Shown: positions 53,699 to 62,519 of the stretch, one piece after another
Numbering within the stretch: position 1 is the first letter of the stretch
How the letters are laid out: every line of letters starts with the position of its first letter
NCBI GenBank assembly: GCA_963772835.1
Contig: CAVYYZ010000024.1
Span: 194,853-258,852 of the forward strand
Direction of reading: 5' to 3'
From: an uncultured delta proteobacterium
GTDB taxonomy: Bacteria > Desulfobacterota > Desulfuromonadia > Geobacterales > Pseudopelobacteraceae
DNA: 64,000 nucleotides
Notes under the pieces: model-generated
Databases searched by the model: none
Told to the model about the DNA's origin: nothing
What the model saw: the letters and a program-made list of their open reading frames with translations, nothing else
Program-made: the position numbers and the translations under genes

Positions 53699-54031
53699 AT
53701 GGTTTTCCGACTTTCTTATTACAATGAAGCTGTCGAGTTTGAGCTTGATGCTTGGCCTGTTGGCTTGCGTGCTAGATTTCGAGCATTGACCGTACGCATG
53801 GAAGAATACGGTCCTAACCTAGGGATGCCGCATACACGTGCACTTGGTAATGGTCTTTTTGAAATCCGTGCCAAGGCAGAAGAAGGAATTGGAAGAGTGT
53901 TTTTCTGCACCATGGTTGGACAAAAGATCATAATTCTTCACAGTTTCATTAAAAAGACGGATAAGACCCCAAAACGGGAGCTCGATATTGCGCTCACTCG
54001 GCAGAAGGAGGTAATCAATTATGAGCTATAA
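53699..54031 (+). CDS. RelE/HigB (Gp49-like) toxin
   Basis: GPNLGMPHTR.LG.GLFEIR...RVFFC...ILHSFIKKT.KTP. Confidence 0.88.
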   Translation: MVFRLSYYNEAVEFELDAWPVGLRARFRALTVRMEEYGPNLGMPHTRALGNGLFEIRAKAEEGIGRVFFCTMVGQKIIILHSFIKKTDKTPKRELDIALTRQKEVINYEL

Positions 54032-54335
54032 ACCAGTTTCGTATGATCCGAAGAAAAAATTGGAAAATGAAATTCAAAACCCCGCTTTCAAGAAAGCATG
54101 GGAAGCCTTGGATGATGAATTTGCAGCTCTGGATGCCCTGCTTTCAGCACGTCGACAAGCTGGGATGACCCAAGAGCAAGTAGCGGCTAAAATGGGTGTT
54201 TCTCAACCCTCATTGGCGAGAGTAGAAGCCACACTCGGCTCTCACCGTCATTCTCCGTCTCTTGAGATGCTCCGCAAGTATGCTGCTGCTGTCAACTGCA
54301 AGTTGGAGATTCGGTTGATACCACAGCATTCGTGA
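54021..54335 (+). CDS. HigA-like XRE HTH antitoxin
   Basis: AR..AGMTQEQVA.KMG.SQ..LARVE...PSLEMLRKYA; overlaps the toxin gene. Confidence 0.88.
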   Translation: MSYKPVSYDPKKKLENEIQNPAFKKAWEALDDEFAALDALLSARRQAGMTQEQVAAKMGVSQPSLARVEATLGSHRHSPSLEMLRKYAAAVNCKLEIRLIPQHS

Positions 54336-54387
54336 TTGTGGTTTGTTCGTCTGTATCCCTTTTTATGGATTTTCAGCCCTCATCTTG

Positions 54388-54636
54388 TCATCTTGAAGGT
54401 GATTTTATTACCTCTGCGTAGAACTTTGCCTTGCAGTTATGAGCCGTATCAAAAGACGCATACTCTGAAACACATCGAATAGGGATCAAATTTTTTACCC
54501 TGTCTTCATACTGTTTTAATTCTTCAGCTCGCATTGTTAACGTTTCGTTTATCAGCCTAAGCCGTATTACTTCCTTTTCTAATTCATCCATTTCCACCTT
54601 CATTTTTGCTTCTCTGGCAGTATAAGGCTCATTCAT
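54388..54636 (-). CDS. Hypothetical coiled-coil protein (cassette ORF)
   Basis: 82-aa ORF with a GGAGG/GAGG RBS, just downstream of attC B. Confidence 0.5.
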   Translation of the reverse strand: MNEPYTAREAKMKVEMDELEKEVIRLRLINETLTMRAEELKQYEDRVKNLIPIRCVSEYASFDTAHNCKAKFYAEVIKSPSR

Positions 54637-54695
54637 CCTCTGACCTCCAAATAAATTTCAATTTACCAACTCATCGCTGATTCAAATTATTATGT

Positions 54696-54755
54696 ATGGA
54701 ACGGTTATGAGGCTGACCGGGCGGGCTTTGGGCCCGGTCGTGCCGATTGTTGGGC
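54696..54755 (-). other. attC site B
   Basis: Minus strand: GCCCAAC-AATCG-GCACGACCGGGC...GCCCGGTCAGC-CTCATAACC-GTT(CCAT). Confidence 0.8.
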
Positions 54756-54890
54756 ATTCGGCTTTCTCGCTTTTTCGGTTTTTGTCTTGCAGCCCTTGCC
54801 TGTGATTCTAAATTTTGTTGCTTCATCTGTTGACCAATACCAATAAATATTATAGCATGGTGTTATCTCTATAACGATGGAGGCTATATC

Positions 54891-55133
54891 ATGCAAAAAA
54901 ATACCAGCGTTACTCTTGGTGCTCACTACGAAAAGTTCATTTCTCAGCAGGTTGTCCATGGCCGTTTCGGTTCAGCCAGTGAGACGATTCGTGCTGGTCT
55001 GCGACTTTTGGAAGAACGTGAGACAAAACAATACTTGTTACGCCAAGCACTTATAAAAGGCGAAGAAAGCGGCACAGCTGATTATTCTCTCCAAAGTTTA
55101 ATTGATGAGATTGATGGCGAGACTCTCAACTGA
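54891..55133 (+). CDS. parD: ParD-like antitoxin (CC2985 family, RHH)
   Basis: KNTSVTLG.H...FI...V..GRFGSASE.IRAGLRLLEE...GEESG. Confidence 0.9.
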   Translation: MQKNTSVTLGAHYEKFISQQVVHGRFGSASETIRAGLRLLEERETKQYLLRQALIKGEESGTADYSLQSLIDEIDGETLN

Positions 55134-55453
55134 TGTCGTCATTTACTCTCACCAACATGGCAAAGGCTGATTTAAAAGATATCGGTCACTATACACTCAA
55201 TAAGTGGGGACGGGAACAACGCAATCATTATCTTTCAATTCTTGATGCCTGTTTTCGTCAGCTTGCTGCAAATCCTTTCAATGGAAAGGATTGTAGTGAA
55301 ATCAGAATCGGCTACCGCAAATTTAATGTTGGCAGCCATATTATTTTTTACCGCCAGATTATCTCTGATTCAATTGAGATTGTTCGTGTTCTACACGGAC
55401 ATATGGACGTTGAAAATCATCTTTCAGGGTTAGGTGATGTTGTTGACTTTTAA
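55133..55453 (+). CDS. parE: ParE toxin
   Basis: A.ADL.DI..YT...WG..Q...Y, IR.GYR...GSH.IFYR and VRVLH..MD motifs. Confidence 0.9.
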   Translation: MSSFTLTNMAKADLKDIGHYTLNKWGREQRNHYLSILDACFRQLAANPFNGKDCSEIRIGYRKFNVGSHIIFYRQIISDSIEIVRVLHGHMDVENHLSGLGDVVDF

Positions 55454-55493
55454 CTTGAGTGCGGAGTACTCAACTAACTACAACGTTCCCTTG

Positions 55494-55967
55494 TTATTCA
55501 AGTATTGCACCATTTCTTTTTAGTGCTTCTAATGTAGAATCATCCTCAACCGATGCTCCATCGGGCGACTCCCTGAAATCAAGCCAATGCTGCCAATTGT
55601 CCCATTCCCTGTCAGAGCTCAGTAGTTGCTGTATTATCGCACCATTATTCAAAATCCATTTGTCTGATTCTTGTGTTATTGGTTCTTCGAGTATATGAAA
55701 TGGCGGCACAGCCGAGTTTAATCCGCGACCGACATCCAAAAAACACAAACCTCCTGATTCATGTGGGAACAGAAATTCTATTACCCGGCCATAGTTTTCA
55801 CCCGGCCACCTCATTACATATGGTGATTTCATGCGGTTTATCGCATTCAGCGTATTGTGAATTTTTGTGATTTTTGTACTTCTGTTCGTAAGACTATCCG
55901 ATTGGTCCTGTCGGTGCGAGTGTACTTGAATCTGATTGCGCCATTGAGCTTCATTTATCTCTCTCAA
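55494..55967 (-). CDS. Hypothetical protein (cassette ORF; start uncertain)
   Basis: 157-aa ORF in cassette orientation; no recognisable motif. Confidence 0.4.
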   Translation of the reverse strand: MREINEAQWRNQIQVHSHRQDQSDSLTNRSTKITKIHNTLNAINRMKSPYVMRWPGENYGRVIEFLFPHESGGLCFLDVGRGLNSAVPPFHILEEPITQESDKWILNNGAIIQQLLSSDREWDNWQHWLDFRESPDGASVEDDSTLEALKRNGAILE

Positions 55968-55979
55968 TAAATTTGCCGG

Positions 55980-56007
55980 TTGACTTTATACGTCAATGCC
56001 GTATATT
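55980..56007 (+). promoter_or_regulatory. Promoter and operator of the higBA-2-like pair
   Basis: TTGACT-N16-TATATT overlapped by the palindrome ATACG-N7-CGTAT. Confidence 0.55.
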
Positions 56008-56013
56008 TGGTTT

Positions 56014-56334
56014 ATGGTTACTTTTGTCGAATCGCCACTGTTCACGAAACAGGTTCATGATTACCTGACAGATACCGAATACGGAGTCTTTCAGGAATAT
56101 CTTGCCGCCAATCCCGATTTTGGCGACGTGGTGCGCGGCTCGGGCGGGGTTCGCAAGATACGCTGGAGCCGTCGGGGAACCGGCAAGAGCGGTGGTGTCA
56201 GGGTTCTCTATTTTGCCCGAACAGAGGCCGGGCAAATTTGGTTACTTCTGATTTATGCCAAGAGTGCCGTTGACAGTATTTCCGGTCACATTCTCAAAGC
56301 CCTCAAAGAGGAGATGGAACATGCCACTAAATGA
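56014..56334 (+). CDS. HigB-2-like RelE toxin
   Basis: FVESPLF, NP..GD...GSGGVRKIRW...GKSGGVRVLY and LL.IYAK motifs. Confidence 0.88.
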   Translation: MVTFVESPLFTKQVHDYLTDTEYGVFQEYLAANPDFGDVVRGSGGVRKIRWSRRGTGKSGGVRVLYFARTEAGQIWLLLIYAKSAVDSISGHILKALKEEMEHATK

Positions 56335-56632
56335 AAAAGAACTGCTCGAACGTGATGCAAAGCGCAACATCGGCGAAGAACTGCTCAAGGCAGTGCGAGA
56401 CCTCAAGGCTGGCAGGGCCGGGCGAGTGTCTACCATAGAAGTCTCTCCTTTGGCTGCGTCTCGTCTTAGGATAGGGCTCTCTCAGAGCGAGTTTGCCAAA
56501 CTGCTCGGCGTGTCGCTTCGCACCCTTCAGGAGTGGGAGCAGGGGCGTCGTGCACCGTCAGGGGCGGCAAAGTCACTCATCACTATTGCTATCAAGAAGC
56601 CTGATGTTTTAAAAGAACTGCTCGCTGCTTGA
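56321..56632 (+). CDS. HigA-2-like HTH antitoxin
   Basis: LSQSEFAKLLGVS.RTLQEWEQGRR.PSGAAK.L; overlaps the toxin gene. Confidence 0.88.
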   Translation: MPLNEKELLERDAKRNIGEELLKAVRDLKAGRAGRVSTIEVSPLAASRLRIGLSQSEFAKLLGVSLRTLQEWEQGRRAPSGAAKSLITIAIKKPDVLKELLAA

Positions 56633-56636
56633 ATCT

Positions 56637-56821
56637 CAGTTATTGATGTAAATAACGATGGCTGCAATTACTGCAAAAACAAGGAGAGCTATCAGGCTAC
56701 TTCTGAACTCATTCTTTAACGAATTCGTCCGATCACCCAATACCCACATTCTCAGGGTAAAAGCCACAAATCCAACTCCTAGAAATCCTGAAATAATAAG
56801 TAGTTATCTCGTTAGTTCCAT
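56637..56821 (-). pseudogene. Small two-TM membrane protein gene, copy 1; apparent in-frame TAA near the start
   Basis: Manual translation: MELTR*LLIISGFLGVGFVAFTLRMWVLGDRTNSLKNEFRSSLIALLVFAVIAAIVIYINN*. Starts just downstream of attC C. Confidence 0.5.
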
Positions 56822-56827
56822 TTTGTA

Positions 56828-56887
56828 GTCCAACGGTTGTGAGGCTGACCGGGCAGTTTTTTGGCCCGGTCGTGCCGATGGTTGAGT
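56828..56887 (-). other. attC site C
   Basis: Minus strand: ACTCAAC-CATCG-GCACGACCGGGC-loop-GCCCGGTCAGC-CTCACAACC-GTTGGAC; both cores canonical, bulged C in L''. Confidence 0.85.
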
Positions 56888-56933
56888 GTTTCAGTTTTCT
56901 TCTCTGGGGTGCTTTTGGGGTGCAGGCGAGATT

Positions 56934-57287
56934 CTAAGCGGCACGCAACTTTTTTGTATGTCCGGTTGCGCGTGTCGGTTTGCCTTCTGCTTTTCTTGAT
57001 ACCATTTCACTAACTAATCGCAACTCCAAACGGCATCCGAGGGCATGTGCATATTTTTCTAATGTCGCAATTGAAGGAGAATGTTTCCCTCGACCTGATT
57101 CGAGGCGGGCGATAGCAGACTGGGTTGTACCGATACGCTCTGCGACTTCAGCCTGTGTTACACCTGCGGTGGCACGAGCTTTGAGGAATTCGTCGAGAAA
57201 TTTGAATTCTTCGTCCAGTCGATCATATTCGGCTTTAACGTCTGCGTGTTCAAGGGCGCGTGTTTTAAGTTCTTTATGAGTTAGCAT
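56934..57287 (-). CDS. HigA-like XRE HTH antitoxin
   Basis: AR..AGVTQAEVAERIGTTQSAIARLESG...PSIATLEKYA. Confidence 0.88.
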   Translation of the reverse strand: MLTHKELKTRALEHADVKAEYDRLDEEFKFLDEFLKARATAGVTQAEVAERIGTTQSAIARLESGRGKHSPSIATLEKYAHALGCRLELRLVSEMVSRKAEGKPTRATGHTKKLRAA

Positions 57288-57606
57288 TTTTGAACTCCTT
57301 CATCCTCCGTCGTGCTGTTTCAAGCTCTCTTGGCGGGGTTTTGTCTGTCTTTTTAGTAAATTGGTGCAATATCACAATTTTTCTGCCAACCATTGTACAG
57401 TAGAAAACTCTTGCTATTCCCTCTGCTGCCTTCAATCGTAATTCAAAAAGACCGTCTCCCATTGCGCGAGTATGCGGCATGCCTAAATCTGGTCCATAGA
57501 CTTCCATTCTGTCGGTGTAACGAAGATAGCGACCAAGGAATCCAGAGGGCATCGCGAGGATTTCCTCTTGTACGGAATCGTTGTAGTAGGTGATTTTCCA
57601 AATCAT
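57274..57606 (-). CDS. RelE/HigB (Gp49-like) toxin
   Basis: GPDLGMPHTRAMGDGLFELR...RVFYC...LHQF.KKT.KTP; upstream palindrome ATAGC-N6-GCTAT. Confidence 0.88.
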   Translation of the reverse strand: MIWKITYYNDSVQEEILAMPSGFLGRYLRYTDRMEVYGPDLGMPHTRAMGDGLFELRLKAAEGIARVFYCTMVGRKIVILHQFTKKTDKTPPRELETARRRMKEFKNANS

Positions 57607-57663
57607 TGGTTCAATATAGCGTATTTGCTATTATGGGTCTATTTATTTCTCTCATAGTTAGGC

Positions 57664-57810
57664 TCAATTGTTGATGTAAATAATGATGGCTGCTATTGCC
57701 GCAAAGACTATGACAGTAATCATGCCGTCTCTGATATCCCCTTTAAACGAATCTCCTCGGCCACCGAATGCCCACACCCTAAGGGTAAACGCCACAAATA
57801 AAACTCCGAT
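57664..57810 (-). pseudogene. Small two-TM membrane protein gene, copy 2; 5' end not identifiable
   Basis: Manual translation: ...IGVLFVAFTLRVWAFGGRGDSFKGDIRDGMITVIVFAAIAAIIIYINN*; the stop is followed directly by GCCTAAC. Confidence 0.5.
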
Positions 57811-57905
57811 ATGTGCCCCGCAATGGGTTCCGTATTGACGCTGGATTATTCAACGTGGTATTTCTAATGGTAGAAATAAGCAAATTACCATCTAAGGAGA
57901 CATCT

Positions 57906-58079
57906 ATGTTACCTCGACCAAGCAGCGATCAGATCGCATGCCTCTTAACAAGAGGTAGAGATAATGAAGACGACACACCTAGTCAGCAACTTACTGATAT
58001 ATTAAATCATTTACGTACCACAGTTGAAGAATACAAGTACCTTTCAAATCCTGAAATTCAACGAAGGCATTTTAAATGA
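57906..58079 (+). CDS. Small hypothetical protein
   Basis: 57-aa ORF with an AAGGAG RBS; no homology recognised. Confidence 0.35.
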   Translation: MLPRPSSDQIACLLTRGRDNEDDTPSQQLTDILNHLRTTVEEYKYLSNPEIQRRHFK

Positions 58080-58261
58080 GTGTGTTACTTTAAGATGCTT
58101 TAGGCGCTGCTTTCAGGTCTAAGAGCAGTGGGCCTAAGTGTCGCTTCACTATTCATATTTATGGAGAATGAAGACCTGACACTATTTGGTTTACTGTATA
58201 ATGCTTACGGTTTTTCGGACAGGTAGTTAAGTTTGGTTTGCCCATGATTGCGGAGGCAATT

Positions 58262-58549
58262 ATGATGGCAAGCATGAGAACGAAACGTACATCCGAATTC
58301 AAAGCGAAGGTTGCTTTGGCTGCAATCCGAGGCGATCAGACCGTTACCGAACTGGCTTCTCTCTACAAAGTGCATCCAAATCAGATCACTACCTGGAAGC
58401 GCCAGGCACAGGATCAGTTGGTGGCGGCTTTTGACAGCAAGAAAGCCAGGTCCTTAAAAACAGACGAAAAACTCAAAGAGGAACTGTATCGCCAGATAGG
58501 CCAGCTCAAGGTTGAACTTGACTGGCTCAAAAAAAAATCTGGTCTGTAG
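58262..58549 (+). CDS. IS3 transposase OrfA
   Basis: EFKAKVAL.A...T..ELA..Y.VHPNQI..WK; LY.QIGQLKVELDWLKKK. Confidence 0.88.
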   Translation: MMASMRTKRTSEFKAKVALAAIRGDQTVTELASLYKVHPNQITTWKRQAQDQLVAAFDSKKARSLKTDEKLKEELYRQIGQLKVELDWLKKKSGL

Positions 58550-59437
58550 TGCTGCTGACAAACGTCTGCTTATCGATCTGAAGCATCCCAGGATCAGCGT
58601 TGTCAGGCAGTGCCGGCTGTTGGGATTGAGTCATTCCAGCCTTTATTATCAGCCGGTTCCGGTGTCAGCAGAGAACCTGACCCTGATGCGGCTACTGGAT
58701 GAAGAGTACACCCGACATCCATTTCTGGGTGTTATCAAGCTGACGGACTGGCTCAAGAAGCAAGGTTACCCGCATGTCGGAACACGGCGAACTCGTCATC
58801 TGATGCGCCTGATGGGCCTGATGGCCATCTACCCTGGCCCCAACTTGAGCCGCCGCGCACCGGGTCACAAAATATATCCATACCTTTTGCGCAACGTACC
58901 AATAGTACGAGTCAATCAGGTCTGGAGTGTCGATATAACCTATGTCCGGCTTAAAGGTGGCTTCGTTTACCTGGTTGCAATCATTGACTGGTTCAGTCGA
59001 TACGTCATTGATTTTGGCATCAGCATCACCTTGGAAGCTGACTTCTGTGTCGAAACACTGGAACGAGCATTACTCAGAGGGAAGCCGGAAATATTCAACA
59101 GCGACCAGGGTTCACAATTTACGAGCCCACGTCATACAAAGCTTTTGAAGCCGCCGACATCTTTATCAGCATGGACGGCAAAGGCAGGGCAATTGACAAC
59201 ATCTTTGTCGAACGACTCTGGCGGTCATTGAAGTATGAGGAAGTCTACCTGAAGGAGTACGAAACGGTTCAGGAAGCAAAAACCGGAATCAAGACTTATT
59301 TCGATTACTACAACAATGAGCGGCCTCATCACTCGCTGGACATGAAAACGCCGGCAGAGGTATACTTCAACGGGCTACTTGAATTGGCTGATCTTTCAAA
59401 GAACAAGGGGCATTCAACTGGGCTTGACCAAACTTAA
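58537..59437 (+). CDS. IS3 transposase OrfB (DDE); extra apparent 1-nt deletion at ~59147
   Basis: W.VDITY and NSDQGSQFT, then in a shifted frame SMDGKGRAIDNIFVERLWRSLKYE. Confidence 0.85.
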
Positions 59438-59498
59438 TTTCTTCACTTTTCTGTCTTGACAACCGTCAGTACCTTACTGCTGAGGTGCCCACAGATCC

Positions 59499-59699
59499 TT
59501 ATCGTGTTGCTTTTCTGCGATTTTCAAAATAATGTATTAACACAACTAATAAAAGGGAGATGAGGCTAACAACAAGATGAATATCTTTATTTTCATTAGG
59601 GCTAAAATATAGACGATATCCTGCCGAGTACGAGAATGATATTACAATGATTATTTTCAATACTTGAATAGTCATTGGCCCAAGTAACCATGTACTCAT
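59499..59699 (-). CDS. Small two-TM hypothetical protein (cassette ORF, 3' exon of the intron)
   Basis: 66-aa AT-rich ORF with an AAGGA RBS; starts 29 nt after the intron 3' end. Confidence 0.55.
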   Translation of the reverse strand: MSTWLLGPMTIQVLKIIIVISFSYSAGYRLYFSPNENKDIHLVVSLISLLLVVLIHYFENRRKATR

Positions 59700-59728
59700 G
59701 TCTTTTTATCCTTTTATTTTGATTTGCT

Positions 59729-61978
59729 ACCGGGTAGGTCAGGAGCCTTTCGGCTCCTTTCCCCCCTCAGAACCGTACGTGACAGTTTCCCGTCATACGG
59801 CTCAAGCCCTCCAAAGTAATCTCCCTTTCGGGATACCCGGCTATCTGTTTCTTCCTTGGTTATTACCCGTCACGCCGCTTTTCGTGTGGCGCGACCTGCT
59901 CGCCGATGTTGTTGGTCGGTTCTTCGCTTCTCGAAGTATGCTGCATCCTTCGGGTCGAAGGGATTGGCTGCACCTCTGATTTTGATATGTCTCTCAATCT
60001 GGGTGCTCGTTGCACGGATGAGATCAACCCGGCGTTTTCCTTCCGGGGTTTTCTCAACCGTGGAGAAGATCCAGCTTTTAGGGCTGCTGTGCCAGTACTT
60101 CTGCGTCAGCCATCGTGCGCCCTTGTGCGGATGTCTTCTCTTTGCCCAATCCCGCAGGTAGCGGTAAATTTGGCTGTCCAGTACTCTGAAGGTGTCGTTC
60201 GCGACAATGTGCCGGTGATAGTTCGCCCACCCCCGAATCATCGGGTTTAAGGCTCGTATCATATCGCCGGCTTTCATTGCCGAGAATTTCCGGATTGTTT
60301 CCCTGATTCTTGTCAAGATGGTCCTAAAGTTGCTCTTGGCAGGTTTCGTGAGGAATTTCCCGCTGTACTTTCGCGGGTTCTGCCCCAGAAAATCAAATCC
60401 GTCCTCTATCCGCGTAATCCGGGTTTTCTCAGGTGAGAGGCGCAAACCCCGTTCCTTGAGAAACTTTTCTACCGCCGGTTTGATCGTATTTTCGAGAAGT
60501 TCTTTCGTTTTCCCGGTGATGACGAAGTCATCGGCATAGCGGATTACGTTGACCTTGCTACGGTAGGGAGTCACGGCCTTGACCGCCGCTTCCAGTCCGT
60601 CCAGAGTCATGTTGGCCAAGAGCGGGGAAACGATGCCCCCTTGCGGGGTTCCCGCCTTGGTCGGATAGAGTGTGCCTTCTTCAAAGTATCCTGCGTTCAG
60701 CCATTGACGGAGCATGAAGCGATCCATGGGGACGTTTTTCATGAGCCAATCATGGCTGATTTCGTCGAAACAGGCTTTGATGTCGCCTTCAAGTATCCAT
60801 TGTGCCGAGTACCGCTTTGCCAACCCGATGTAGCATTGGTGAATAGCGTCGGCGCAACTTCGATGCAGGCGAAACCCGTATGAATTGGGATCACCTGTTG
60901 TTTCGGCCACCGGCAGCAGAGCTAGTGCATAAAGCGCTTGCATAGCGCGGTCGTGAATGGTGGGGATGCCCAAGGGGCGCATTTTACCGTTCTTCTTCGG
61001 TATGTACACCCGGCGCAATGGCCGGGCTTGATAACCGCGACGGCACAGGTTCTGTACAGCGGTCATTCTCTGCTTCGGCGTGTACCAGATTGCTTTGTCC
61101 ACGCCGGGGGTCTTTCTGCCTCGGTTGGAAACAACCCGTTTAACGGCTAATGCTTTGCCGCTGAACGAGCGGGTCAAGAGCCATTGCAGGGCTTGAACTC
61201 TGCCATGGCGCTTTTCACTGACAGCCTTTGCGATACGGATTTGCAGTCTTCGGACTTCACGGTGGGCCTTCTGCCAGTTGATGGCTTTCCAGTCGTTGCC
61301 GCTGGCGGAGGGCGCACCAGTCAATCTTGCGATTGCCGCCATTTGCTTTCCCTCCCAAGGAAGATTCTCCAAATGATCTCGCAATGGAGCACCGGCATAG
61401 GACGTGGGCTCCCTTTCGGGCCGGGTGATGTTGCAACCCGTATCCGCCCCATTACAGGGCGGCATTCGCTTCTTCCTGCCTCTTACTCCCGCACTTCCAA
61501 CAGCGTGCCTTGCGGTTTCACCTGCCCCAATGCTCCGGGGCGGAAATACGGGGTTTCCACGTTCCGCGTTTCAGACAATTAAATGAGTGACTTAGGCCCG
61601 TTCTGTACACCGGCAGTCATTGTTGTCCCCGCGAGGGCACCGTTACATCCCTCGACCTGCTGCGTACCTTTTGGTTCAAGCCTGTCAGCCTCTTTGGCTT
61701 GCTCCTCTTGACGGCGCGTGCGAACGTTCACTTGTGTTAGCCATATCACCCGGAATCCTAGCCCTCACCCAGGTTGAGGCTTCCAGGAGGGCAGTCGCCT
61801 CGCGGCTTCCGCCCCTCCCGCCAAAGCGGGATTCGGTACATTGTCAGGAGGGCTTCGTACCATCATGGATGCACCATGACATCACGCCTCCCTAGGATAC
61901 CCGCAGGGGAATGCGGGGTCTGGTCAGTGCTTTCAAAGCCACAGCCAGACAGTCTTCAACGCGACTTCGTGTCGCGAC
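59729..61978 (-). mobile_element. Group II intron (chloroplast-like, IIB type) inserted in an attC core site
   Basis: Domain V GAGCCGTATGACGGGAAACTGTCACGTACGGTTC (59770-59803); domain VI ending CCTACCCGGT; 5' end GT(C)GCGACACGAAGTCGC; internal RT ORF; joining the exons restores GTT/AGC. Confidence 0.88.
59870..61342 (-). CDS. ltrA: Group II intron reverse transcriptase/maturase (RVT_N + RT + X, no HNH endonuclease)
   Basis: W..INW......V.RLQ.RIAKA, TPGVD, RPLGIPT, GTPQGG..SP and YADD motifs; ends at ANPFDP...YF; GGGAGG RBS. Confidence 0.93.
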   Translation of the reverse strand: MAAIARLTGAPSASGNDWKAINWQKAHREVRRLQIRIAKAVSEKRHGRVQALQWLLTRSFSGKALAVKRVVSNRGRKTPGVDKAIWYTPKQRMTAVQNLCRRGYQARPLRRVYIPKKNGKMRPLGIPTIHDRAMQALYALALLPVAETTGDPNSYGFRLHRSCADAIHQCYIGLAKRYSAQWILEGDIKACFDEISHDWLMKNVPMDRFMLRQWLNAGYFEEGTLYPTKAGTPQGGIVSPLLANMTLDGLEAAVKAVTPYRSKVNVIRYADDFVITGKTKELLENTIKPAVEKFLKERGLRLSPEKTRITRIEDGFDFLGQNPRKYSGKFLTKPAKSNFRTILTRIRETIRKFSAMKAGDMIRALNPMIRGWANYHRHIVANDTFRVLDSQIYRYLRDWAKRRHPHKGARWLTQKYWHSSPKSWIFSTVEKTPEGKRRVDLIRATSTQIERHIKIRGAANPFDPKDAAYFEKRRTDQQHRRAGRATRKAA

Positions 61979-62046
61979 AACGGCTATGAGGCGCACCAGC
62001 GGCGCGAGGTTTTTCCGCGCCGACTGTGTGCCGCCGATTGTTGGAC
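61979..62046 (-). other. attC site D, split by the intron after GTT
   Basis: Minus strand: GTCCAAC-AATCG-GCGGCAC...GGCGCG-loop-CGCGCC...GTGCGC-CTCATAGCC-GTT, then the intron, then AGCA. Confidence 0.82.
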
Positions 62047-62150
62047 ATTGTTTTCTGCTGGAAACAACAAAGGACGTGTGCCAACTCTTCATATTGTCTG
62101 AAGTTGATACGCGCCCTCTTTGTTTCGTTTTGTTTCATTTTCCTTGGTGA

Positions 62151-62519
62151 TTAAACTGCAACCTCAAGCCTAAACCCGTCGTAATGCAATCTGGGTGCTT
62201 TGTTTTTGCCATGTTTTTCCATTTCAATCAAATCCATATCCAGAAGTATTTTTACATCTTCAGATATGTTTTTCATATCGCGGTGCGTGATAGCAGCCAG
62301 TTCTTTGATAGATTCAGGCTGATTTACACGAATGACTTTAAGCAGGGCAAAGCGTTGTGGGGTCATGGCCTTGCGGAATGCCTCAAAGCTGGTGAAGGTG
62401 TATTGTGGTTCTTCCGGCTTGACTTTTTCCCCTTTGATTGCTGCGTCACAAATTGCAGCAAATTCGTCCATTGTTTGTTCATGTGATTTGATTGTGATGG
62501 TTTTAAAAATCGCTTTCAT
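62151..62519 (-). CDS. HVO_A0114-like winged-helix antitoxin
   Basis: F.S.E...K.MTP.R..LL..I....P.SI.ELA....RD.KN..EDV..L; overlaps the upstream toxin-like gene. Confidence 0.75.
   Translation of the reverse strand: MKAIFKTITIKSHEQTMDEFAAICDAAIKGEKVKPEEPQYTFTSFEAFRKAMTPQRFALLKVIRVNQPESIKELAAITHRDMKNISEDVKILLDMDLIEMEKHGKNKAPRLHYDGFRLEVAV

Larger units (their letters stand above)
58195..59478 (+). mobile_element. IS3-family insertion sequence
   Basis: Imperfect terminal IRs (TGTATAATGCTTACGGTTTTTCGGACAG vs reverse-complemented AGTAAGGTACTGACGGTTGTCAAGACAG); orfA/orfB with an A9 run at 58529-58537; no clear target duplication. Confidence 0.85.

Noticed and set aside
59870..61342. RT as a retron, DGR or CRISPR-associated RT, or as a class IIC-attC intron
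   Set aside because: Domains V and VI, the maturase region and the RVT_N leader identify a group II intron of CL type. Its orientation and insertion point differ from IIC-attC introns.
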